A stretch of DNA of 32,000 nt, taken from the NCBI RefSeq assembly GCF_000018105.1, contig NC_009925.1, positions 3,000,001-3,032,000 on the forward strand, read 5' to 3'. The translations under genes were made by a program, and so were the position numbers. Position 1 is the stretch's first letter. The number at the start of each line of letters is the position of its first letter. Shown piece by piece: positions 8,819 through 16,338 of this stretch. The notes under the pieces were generated by a model that saw only the letters and a program-made list of their open reading frames with translations, was not told where the DNA came from and did no database searches. Origin of the DNA: Acaryochloris marina MBIC11017. GTDB lineage: Bacteria; Cyanobacteriota; Cyanobacteriia; Thermosynechococcales; Thermosynechococcaceae.

Positions 8819-10006
8819 TCACCATTCTTGTAGTGCGATCGCAACGCCGTCTCGCACATTTTGATCCACCGTATCGTTTGCTGCTAAAGCCTGAAGCTGA
8901 GTGTAGGCAAGCTCTGAAGAGATTTGTTTGAGGGCTGCGATCGCATGCAGTCTCACCCCCATATCCGGTATTCCTAAAAGCTGAATCAGCTCCGGTATCG
9001 CTTGTGGCTGACCGGACTGTCCCAAGGCACTCGCAAGGGTTTTCTGCAGAGCTGGATCGGACACCGGCTGGTGGTGCAGGCAATAAATCAATGCCTCTGT
9101 CGATCGATCCACTTGCCGATTCAGGGCTAATGCTTTAACAATCACTGCTGCAAGGGTCTGATCCTCATTATCTACCACCTGCAGCGAAGACCTGGAATGA
9201 GGCCATAGTTTTTGTAACATCTGCACAGACTGATCATTACCAATCTGTCCTAGGGCTTGGACAATCGTTAGCTTCAAGGGGAGAGGGACCGTCTCAGCCC
9301 CAGCAGTTATGCTTAAGGCCTCAACCGCTTCCTTCGTTCCTAGACGTCCTAGGGCCAACGCTGCCGTCTGACAAACTTGCACATCAAAATCATGCAGGCA
9401 CGGCACAATCAAGGCCACCGGGTCATGATCATGCATTTGGAAGAGAGGGGCACGATAGCTGATCCCAGCGATGGCAATCTGGCGAACCTTGCCATTGAGA
9501 TCAGACAATCCTTGCAGTAACGCCGGGATGACCCTGAAATCATGGAATCGGCTCAGGGTTTCCACCGCCATCACACGAACAGATACATCCGTATCCGCTA
9601 CGACCTTGAGCAAGATAGGCACAATGATCGGATCTTGCATTTGAGCTAACGCCGAGACCACCCGAAGACGCGATGGGGATGATTCAAGCAATGCAGCTAA
9701 TGCATCTACAGACTGGGGCCCTATTTGGGCTAACATTTGGGCCGCAATTTCAGCAACATCATCTTCTTCGGCATTTTGCATCAGCTGAGCCAAGGCGATG
9801 ACCGCATCTGCATGATTGAACTCACCCAACACCCGAGCCACAAACCACTGCAGTTCTGGATCATCAGACTTGTTGTGGAGTAAATCCACCAAAAATGCAA
9901 TGGCAGGCTCACCAAAATTAGGAATCTGCTTAGCAGTTTCCCAGCGAGATTGAAAATCTCCTGTCTCTAGCTCAGATAAGACGGATACAAGTTCACTCAC
10001 GATCAT
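8819..10006 (-). CDS. HEAT-repeat (PBS-lyase HEAT-like) protein
   Basis: 395 aa made almost entirely of about 30-aa helical repeats of the form D..VR..A..AL..(I/L)G...A(V/I)..L (for example DVSVRVMAVETLSRF and NGKVRQIAIAGIS). Confidence 0.8.
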   Translation of the reverse strand: MIVSELVSVLSELETGDFQSRWETAKQIPNFGEPAIAFLVDLLHNKSDDPELQWFVARVLGEFNHADAVIALAQLMQNAEEDDVAEIAAQMLAQIGPQSVDALAALLESSPSRLRVVSALAQMQDPIIVPILLKVVADTDVSVRVMAVETLSRFHDFRVIPALLQGLSDLNGKVRQIAIAGISYRAPLFQMHDHDPVALIVPCLHDFDVQVCQTAALALGRLGTKEAVEALSITAGAETVPLPLKLTIVQALGQIGNDQSVQMLQKLWPHSRSSLQVVDNEDQTLAAVIVKALALNRQVDRSTEALIYCLHHQPVSDPALQKTLASALGQSGQPQAIPELIQLLGIPDMGVRLHAIAALKQISSELAYTQLQALAANDTVDQNVRDGVAIALQEW

Positions 10007-10116
10007 TAGCAGTTACATGCCACTGCTATTCTCTCCAAACAATTCAAAAGCTTTGTAGGGTTCTATGCAGCTTTAGCATGAATCAATTGCAAGAACTACA
10101 TTTAGCCTATCACTTT

Positions 10117-10130
10117 GTAACGACTGATAC
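10117..10130 (+). promoter_or_regulatory. NtcA binding box (GTA-N8-TAC) of the nirA promoter
   Basis: GTAACGACTGATAC is a perfect GTA-N8-TAC. A TAN3T -10 element, TAAGTT, sits at 10153-10158, exactly 22 nt downstream, which is class II NtcA promoter geometry. The predicted TSS is near 10165, about 67 nt before the nirA start. Confidence 0.75.
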
Positions 10131-10231
10131 GAACGATCCCAATGGGAGTCGCTAAGTTAGTATCCCAATCGCAGAAATTGATTTTGATCAATTCTCTATT
10201 GGATTAAGACGCGAGCTCAAGAGGAATTTAA

Positions 10232-12169
10232 GTGACTAATACCGCACCAGCTGCGCCCAAAATGAATAAGTTTGAGCGTTTCAAAGCGGAAAAAGATGGT
10301 TTGGCCGTTTTACCCGAGCTTTCCCACTTTGCTCAGATTGGTTGGGAAGCCATGGACGAAACTGACCTGACACAACGTCTCAAATGGTTAGGGTTATTCT
10401 TCAGACCCGTTACACCTGGCAAATTCATGCTGCGGATGCGGATGCCCAACGGTATTCTCAGCGGCGGACAAATGCGGGTTCTGGCTGAAGTGATTCAGCG
10501 ATACGGCGAAGATGGTTATGCCGATATCACCACTCGCCAAAATATTCAGTTGCGCGGTATTCGCATCGAAGATATTCCTGATATTTTTAATCGGTTCCAG
10601 CAAGCCGGTCTAACCAGTGTGCAATCTGGGATGGATAACGTCCGCAATATTACCGGATCGCCTGTTGCGGGGCTGGATGCTGATGAGCTGATTGATACCC
10701 GAGGTCTGGTCCGCAAAGTCCAGGACATGATCACCAATAATAGTCAGGGTAATCCAGCATTTACGAATCTGCCTCGGAAATTCAATATTGCGATCGCAGG
10801 GGGTCGCGATAACTCCGTCCATGCTGAAATCAACGATATTGCCTTCGTCCCAGCATACAAAGATGGCAAGCTTGGCTTTAACGTTTTGGTTGGCGGTTTC
10901 TTCTCTGCTAAGCGCTGCGCTCCTGCCATTTCCATGAACGTTTGGGTGGACCATACCCAAGTCGTGGATATCAGCGAAGCCATTCTCATTGTCTATCGGG
11001 ACAACGGTTCCCGGGCCAATCGCCACCAATCTCGGATGATGTGGCTGATCGACGACTGGGGAGTCGAACGCTTCCGGGCCGCCGTCGAAACCCAGATGGG
11101 TGTTACGCTCCAAGCCGCTGCCGACAAGGATGAATTTGACTGGGACAAACGAGATCATCTCGGTGTCCATGCTCAAAAGCAGCCTGGCTTAAACTTTGTA
11201 GGCATTCACGTTCCCGTCGGTCGGTTTTATGCCAACGATATGTTGGAATTAGCCCGCATGGCCGAGGTCTACGGCAGTGGCGAAATTCGTCTAACTGTCG
11301 AACAAAACGTCATTATTCCGAATATTCCTGACTCCCGCTTAGAATCTTTCTTGGCAGAGCCTTTACTAGAAGTGTTCTCCATCAATCCTGACCCATTGGC
11401 CCGTGCCTTAGTCTCCTGTACTGGCAATCAGTTCTGTAAGTTTGCACTGATTGAAACTAAAAATCGAGCCGTGGCTTTGATCGATGAACTAGAAGACGAA
11501 TTAGACGTGCCCAAACCGGTTCGCTTTCACTGGACCGGATGTCCTAATTCCTGCGGTCAGCCCCAAGTCGCTGATATCGGCCTGATGGGCACCAAAACTC
11601 GCAAGGATGGCAAGACCGTCGAAGCGGTGGACTTATTTATGGGTGGCAAAGTCGGTAAAGATGCTGTCCTCGGTGAAAAAGTCCAAAAAGCCATCCCCTG
11701 TGATGAGCTCAAAGACGTCTTAAAAGATATTCTCATTCAGCAGTTTGATGCTCAACCCCGATCCACTCCGCGTTCACCCAAAGGAACCGCCAGACTCGCC
11801 CGTCAACGCACTGTGCAAGACACTGTGAGTCCAAACGGTTTTGCGGCTCCTGCGTCAGTCACTCCGGCAGCCCCGCCTGCCCCCACCCCGGCAGCCGCGG
11901 CCCAGCCGGCTGTGGTGACCTTTGCAGCGTCTGGCAAGGAAGTCAATTGCGATGACAGCCAATCCTTATTGGAAATTGCGGAGGCTGCAGGCGTTGAGAT
12001 TGAAAGCAGTTGTCAATCTGGAAGCTGTGGCACCTGCATGGTCAAGCTGATTGAAGGTGAATTTCGATACGAAGCCGATCCAGACGGCCTAGAAGATGCA
12101 GATGCAGCATCAGGGCATATCTTGACCTGCATTGCCTATCCAGTTGGAAAAGTGGTGCTGGATGCCTAG
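10232..12169 (+). CDS. nirA: ferredoxin-nitrite reductase fused to a C-terminal plant-type [2Fe-2S] ferredoxin domain
   Basis: N-terminus KMNKFERFKAEKDGL, sulfite/nitrite reductase 4Fe-4S/siroheme cysteines (SCTGNQFCKFA and WTGCPNSCGQP). A Pro/Ala linker follows (PAAPPAPTPAAAAQPA), then CQSGSCGTC...LTC (11906-12166). Start is GTG 10232 with GAGGA upstream; ATG 10262 is an alternative. Confidence 0.95.
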   Translation: MTNTAPAAPKMNKFERFKAEKDGLAVLPELSHFAQIGWEAMDETDLTQRLKWLGLFFRPVTPGKFMLRMRMPNGILSGGQMRVLAEVIQRYGEDGYADITTRQNIQLRGIRIEDIPDIFNRFQQAGLTSVQSGMDNVRNITGSPVAGLDADELIDTRGLVRKVQDMITNNSQGNPAFTNLPRKFNIAIAGGRDNSVHAEINDIAFVPAYKDGKLGFNVLVGGFFSAKRCAPAISMNVWVDHTQVVDISEAILIVYRDNGSRANRHQSRMMWLIDDWGVERFRAAVETQMGVTLQAAADKDEFDWDKRDHLGVHAQKQPGLNFVGIHVPVGRFYANDMLELARMAEVYGSGEIRLTVEQNVIIPNIPDSRLESFLAEPLLEVFSINPDPLARALVSCTGNQFCKFALIETKNRAVALIDELEDELDVPKPVRFHWTGCPNSCGQPQVADIGLMGTKTRKDGKTVEAVDLFMGGKVGKDAVLGEKVQKAIPCDELKDVLKDILIQQFDAQPRSTPRSPKGTARLARQRTVQDTVSPNGFAAPASVTPAAPPAPTPAAAAQPAVVTFAASGKEVNCDDSQSLLEIAEAAGVEIESSCQSGSCGTCMVKLIEGEFRYEADPDGLEDADAASGHILTCIAYPVGKVVLDA

Positions 12170-12244
12170 TTTAAGTTTGCTCTTGGCTTATCGCGTTGTT
12201 TTTGGCTGATTTAGTTTTTTTATTTCTGTTTTGGAGAAGAATGC

Positions 12245-13843
12245 ATGTTAACGGAAATGTGGTCCTTTAAGGGCCGCTACAAAATTCTACACATGACTTG
12301 GTTTGCGTTTTTCTTGACCTTTGTGGTCTGGTTTAACTTTCCCCCCTTCGCCACCACAATCGCTCAAGATTTAGGGCTTTCCAAGCCGCAAATGGGCACC
12401 ATTGGTCTTTGTAATGTTGCCCTCACGGTCCCTGCCCGGATCATTATTGGCATGGTCTTGGACCGTTATGGCCCCCGCTTGACCTATTCCTTACTGTTAA
12501 TGTATGCGGCGATTCCTTGCTTAATTTTTGCCACAGCTCAAGGATTCACCCAGCTCGTGATCGCTCGTTTGCTGATGGGGATTGTCGGTGCAGGATTTGT
12601 AATTGGTATCCGCATGACCGCTGAGTGGTTCCCTCCCAAAGAAGTTGGAACAGCCGAAGGCATCTATGGTGGATGGGGCAACTTTGGTTCTGCCTTCTCT
12701 GCATTCACCATGGTTTTGTTTGCCACTGCATTAAGTTTCATTCCTGGTGCTTTCAACTTTGGTGAAGCTCAAACCTTTACCGTTTTGGGTCTATCATTTT
12801 CCAGTGCTGTTTTGAACTGGAGAGCGGCCATTGCGGGTTCAGGTATTATTGCTGCCATTTATGGCTTTATCTACTACGCCAATGTTCGCAATACTCCGCC
12901 AGGAAAAGTCTATCAACGGCCTAATAGCGCTCGGGGCTTAGAAGTCACATCAGTTCGAGACTTTTACTTCCTGATGTTGATGAATATTCCTCTAACTGCA
13001 ATCTTGATGGTGTTGGCTTGGCGCTTAAATAAGGTCAATTTCTTGACACCGTCCGCCATGTATATCACATGGGTTGCTCTCTTGGGTCTATACGCTTTCC
13101 AGTCTTACAACTGCTGGAGTGCCAACAAAGAATTACTGTCAGGCCGAAAGCGCTATGCTCCTGAAGATCGTTATAAGTTCAAGCAAGTTGCCATCCTGGA
13201 ACTGACTTATATTGTTAATTTCGGTTCTGAGCTCGCAGTGGTCACCATGCTCCCTGCTTTCTTCGAAGGGACCTTCGGTTTAGACAAAGCCATGGCCGGT
13301 ATTATCGCTTCTAGCTATGCCTTTATGAACTTGGTCTCTCGTCCAGGTGGTGGCATTATCTCCGACAAGATGGGCAGCCGGAAATGGACAATGGTTATTC
13401 TCACTGCCGGTATGGGAATTGGCTATCTGTTGATGAGCCAAGTCACTAGTAACTGGTGGTTGCCTGGTGCTGTTCTATTGACCATGGCCTGCTCTTTCTT
13501 CGTGCAAGCTTCTGAAGGATCGACCTTTGCGATTGTGCCCTTAGTTAAGCGTAGAGTCACAGGTCAAATTGCGGGTAACGTCGGTGCTTATGGTAATGTT
13601 GGCGCTGTTGCATATTTGACCACTCGCCTTCTATTTGTAGATGGCGCTGGTGCAGAACCTAACATGGCTGCCGTTAACTCTAGCTTTTTCCAAGTCCTGG
13701 GTACTACCGGTTTGATTGTTGCTTTCCTCTGTATCTTTTTCCTAGAAGAACCCCAAGGCTCTTTTGCCGAACACCATGAAGGTGAGACAGAAGCATCATC
13801 AACCAATAGTCCAATCGGTGCAAAGTATCCTACAACTCCTTAG
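12245..13843 (+). CDS. nrtP: MFS nitrate/nitrite permease (NarK/NrtP type)
   Basis: 532 aa with 12 TM helices. The N-terminus MWSFKGRYKILHMTWFAFFLTFVVWFNFPPF is typical of cyanobacterial NrtP. Nitrate-signature-like GGWGNFG and GNVGAYGNVG motifs are present. It lies 75 nt downstream of nirA with no terminator between. Confidence 0.92.
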   Translation: MLTEMWSFKGRYKILHMTWFAFFLTFVVWFNFPPFATTIAQDLGLSKPQMGTIGLCNVALTVPARIIIGMVLDRYGPRLTYSLLLMYAAIPCLIFATAQGFTQLVIARLLMGIVGAGFVIGIRMTAEWFPPKEVGTAEGIYGGWGNFGSAFSAFTMVLFATALSFIPGAFNFGEAQTFTVLGLSFSSAVLNWRAAIAGSGIIAAIYGFIYYANVRNTPPGKVYQRPNSARGLEVTSVRDFYFLMLMNIPLTAILMVLAWRLNKVNFLTPSAMYITWVALLGLYAFQSYNCWSANKELLSGRKRYAPEDRYKFKQVAILELTYIVNFGSELAVVTMLPAFFEGTFGLDKAMAGIIASSYAFMNLVSRPGGGIISDKMGSRKWTMVILTAGMGIGYLLMSQVTSNWWLPGAVLLTMACSFFVQASEGSTFAIVPLVKRRVTGQIAGNVGAYGNVGAVAYLTTRLLFVDGAGAEPNMAAVNSSFFQVLGTTGLIVAFLCIFFLEEPQGSFAEHHEGETEASSTNSPIGAKYPTTP

Positions 13844-13890
13844 GCCTAAATCAGTCCATCACGGACCACAAAATTAGGTTTTCACTCACA

Positions 13891-13934
13891 AAAGACCGCA
13901 GATTCATCGACTGAATGAACCTGCGGTCTTTTTT
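13891..13934 (+). terminator. rho-independent terminator after nrtP
   Basis: AAAGACCGCAG (13891-13901) pairs perfectly with CTGCGGTCTTT (13921-13931). The loop has an inner ATTCA/TGAAT stem. A T-run follows at 13929-13934. Confidence 0.8.
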
Positions 13935-14121
13935 ATATCAAGCCAAATTATTTTTGGATTTATGGCGTGAGAAGCCACACATTGGACGCCTATTATTAGA
14001 GGATTCATTTAGACCCAATCAAAGATTATTATCATTACCTCAAGATTTCTAAAATGGACAGATAATTCATGCGATTCATGCATATAATCCATGTGAATTA
14101 TTCATAATTCTTGTCCTTATT

Positions 14122-14135
14122 GTACGAAGAGATAC
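14122..14135 (+). promoter_or_regulatory. NtcA binding box upstream of the porin gene
   Basis: GTACGAAGAGATAC is a perfect GTA-N8-TAC. TAAACT (TAN3T) at 14158-14163 begins exactly 22 nt downstream. The predicted TSS is near 14170, about 65 nt before the ATG at 14235. Confidence 0.65.
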
Positions 14136-14234
14136 AAATCTAGGAATAGGTATTCATTAAACTGAGCGGACGTTGAACGGAGGTTCTCCCTACATGTTCA
14201 GCTCATTAATTCGGTGTGAGGTTACTGAAACAAT

Positions 14235-16046
14235 ATGTCCAAATTTTTATCCTGGTACCGGCTGCTTTTAAGTACCAGTATGTTGGGAATCGCAATGGTG
14301 CATTGCATCCCTGCTCAGGCAGTTACGGAGACATCAAGCGCTGATGTCACTGCAGAAGAATTGGAGATCACTCCCAGTGGTGATGCCCCTTCAGCAGTAG
14401 AACTACCGTCTACTGACGGCGAACTGGAACTTGCCCAAGCAGTGGAACCATCCACCTTGGCAACACCCCCGACTTCCATTACAGACCTTTCAGGGAATCA
14501 AAGCGACCCCTATTTCCCTGCAGACCCCAGTTTGCATGCCTCTGAGGCATCCTTAGGTCAGGTCACTTCTGTTTCCCAATTATCAGATGTTCAGCCGGAT
14601 GACTGGGCCTTCCAAGCGATCCAATCCTTGGTGGAACGCTATGGTTGTGTCGCCGGTTATCCCAACGGCACCTTCCGTCCGAGCCGAGCCATGTCCCGTC
14701 GTGAAGCGGCTGCCTTGGTCAACGCTTGCTTAGATAACCTCAGCAATCGATTTGCTACCAAAGAGGATCTAGATGCCCTCAAAGCTCTGCAAGATGAGTT
14801 TGCCGCCGAACTGGCCACCCTCAGAGGTCGGGTAGACGGTTTAGAAGCAAGAGTCGCAACTGTAGAAGCTCAGCAGTTCTCAACCACCACTAAATTAAAC
14901 GGGGAAGCTATTTTTGCGTTTAGTGGTGTCGCTGGTGACAATGCCACCACTGGTGCTGACATTAGTGGGCGCGTCTCCTTAAACCAGAGAACCCGTCTCA
15001 ACTTTATTACCAGTTTTACCGGTAAGGATCGGTTATATACCCGACTACAAACCTCTAATCGTCCCGTCAACTTTAGTGATGGTGCCATCCCTGGAATTAT
15101 TGATAATACAGGGACTTTGCAAACTCGGATTGCCTTTGACACGGGCAATACCAACAACAACGTTATCCTCGATCGCTTAGACTACAAATTCCCCATTGGT
15201 GACAAGCTAAATGTCACGGTCTTTGCAAATGCGGCCTTCCACCACTACTACGCAACCACTGTTAACCCTTACTTTGAGGGATTCGGTGGTGGTAAAGGTG
15301 CGCTTTCCTTCTTTGGTGAGCGTAACCCCATCTACCGCATTGGTACGGTTGCGATTCCCAGTGTTGCGGGTGTCGGCACCTCCTACATGTTCAACAAGGA
15401 AAATGATTTTCGGCTGGACTTAGGCTACTTAGCAGGTCGTGCTAACCAAGCGACAGCAACAACTCTGGCCAACGGTGAAAATGAAGGTGGGTTATTTGGG
15501 GGAACCTATAGCGCGTTAGCCCAGCTCAGCATCAAACCATCAGAAGGGTCTCAAATCGGCTTAACCTATATTCGTAATGAAGCCCCTGATGGCTTAATGA
15601 GATTTGGCACTGGAACGGTCTTTTCTAATAATCCCTTTGGCGGTGCCAATAACATCACTGGTGATTCCTTCGGCTTCGAAGGAACGCTCAAAGTAACAGA
15701 TTGGCTAGCGGTAGGGGGTTGGTTTGGCTACACGATTGCTCGTGAAGACAATACCAATAACAAAGCAGATATCATCAATGCTGCAATTAACTTTGCCTTT
15801 CCAGACCTAGGCATTGAAGGCGCCACTGGCGGTCTCATCTTTGGTGTCCCACCAACAGTCATTGATAACGATGTTGCTGCTCGGGAAAACCCAGATCAGA
15901 CCTATCATCTAGAAGCACTGTATTCCTTCCCAGTTAATGATTTCATCACCATTACACCGGGTGTTATTTACCTCATTGATCCGGAAGGTAACTCTGCCAA
16001 CAGTGACATCTTAGTGGGAGTCATTCGAACTACATTCAAGTTCTAA
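14235..16046 (+). CDS. outer-membrane porin: signal peptide + SLH domain + coiled coil + OprB-like beta-barrel
   Basis: Signal peptide is ...MVHCIPAQA-VTE. The SLH motif is DVQPDDWAFQAIQSLVERYGCVAGYPNGTFRPSRAMSRREAAALVNACL. The coiled coil is LQDEFAAELATLRGRVDGLEARVATVEAQQFS. The C-terminal half has alternating-pattern beta strands and ends in the terminal aromatic ...RTTFKF. Confidence 0.88.
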   Translation: MSKFLSWYRLLLSTSMLGIAMVHCIPAQAVTETSSADVTAEELEITPSGDAPSAVELPSTDGELELAQAVEPSTLATPPTSITDLSGNQSDPYFPADPSLHASEASLGQVTSVSQLSDVQPDDWAFQAIQSLVERYGCVAGYPNGTFRPSRAMSRREAAALVNACLDNLSNRFATKEDLDALKALQDEFAAELATLRGRVDGLEARVATVEAQQFSTTTKLNGEAIFAFSGVAGDNATTGADISGRVSLNQRTRLNFITSFTGKDRLYTRLQTSNRPVNFSDGAIPGIIDNTGTLQTRIAFDTGNTNNNVILDRLDYKFPIGDKLNVTVFANAAFHHYYATTVNPYFEGFGGGKGALSFFGERNPIYRIGTVAIPSVAGVGTSYMFNKENDFRLDLGYLAGRANQATATTLANGENEGGLFGGTYSALAQLSIKPSEGSQIGLTYIRNEAPDGLMRFGTGTVFSNNPFGGANNITGDSFGFEGTLKVTDWLAVGGWFGYTIAREDNTNNKADIINAAINFAFPDLGIEGATGGLIFGVPPTVIDNDVAARENPDQTYHLEALYSFPVNDFITITPGVIYLIDPEGNSANSDILVGVIRTTFKF

Positions 16047-16078
16047 AAACCTTCACACAATAGATAGAAGTTGATGAC

Positions 16079-16116
16079 CTAGGGAGCAAAATCACATTTG
16101 TTCCCTAGTTTTTTTT
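16079..16116 (+). terminator. rho-independent terminator after the porin gene
   Basis: CTAGGGAGCAAA (16079-16090) pairs with TTTGTTCCCTAG (16097-16108) with one mismatch and a 6-nt loop. Eight T residues follow (16109-16116). Confidence 0.85.
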
Positions 16117-16239
16117 GTACAAGAGATAGCGTTTTTTCCACACTGCAGCATTAGACAAGTTGCAATTTAGACTTTCTATCAGGGAATGATTAAATTGCAT
16201 AGATACTATGTTGAGAGTGCATTAGATCGATCCGTAACC

Positions 16240-16253
16240 GTAGCCAATCTTAC
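16240..16253 (+). promoter_or_regulatory. NtcA binding box upstream of narB
   Basis: GTAGCCAATCTTAC is a perfect GTA-N8-TAC, followed by A. An AT-rich -10 candidate region lies 22-27 nt downstream (GATTAT 16276-16281, TAGAGT 16281-16286). It sits downstream of the porin terminator, so narB needs its own promoter. Confidence 0.6.
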
Positions 16254-16338
16254 AATTCTCGATTGAAATATTAATGATTATAGAGTTGGATAAGTATTTC
16301 AATTTTTTTCTCTGCTCCTTGCTTAATTCAAAACAGTT

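Noticed and set aside
10610-11176. Long antisense or alternative-frame ORFs inside confirmed genes. Examples: 10610-11176(-) and 10744-10989(-) in nirA; 5934-6299(-) and 5793-6053(+) in the ClC gene; 17950-18372(-) in narB; 19751-20185(-) in pepA; 2153-2524(+) opposite the rhomboid gene; 429-647(+) and 912-1151(+) around the ABC gene; 8814-9083(-) in the HEAT gene; 30487-30769 on both strands.
   Set aside because: They fully overlap ORFs with strong family motifs. Their products are Arg/Ser/Pro-rich and low-complexity with no motifs, and they lack ribosome-binding sites. These are typical shadow ORFs.
16117-16130. A second NtcA-like box, GTACAAGAGATAGC, directly after the porin terminator.
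   Set aside because: The 3' half-site is AGC instead of TAC, and it overlaps the end of the terminator T-run. The perfect box at 16240-16253 is the better candidate.
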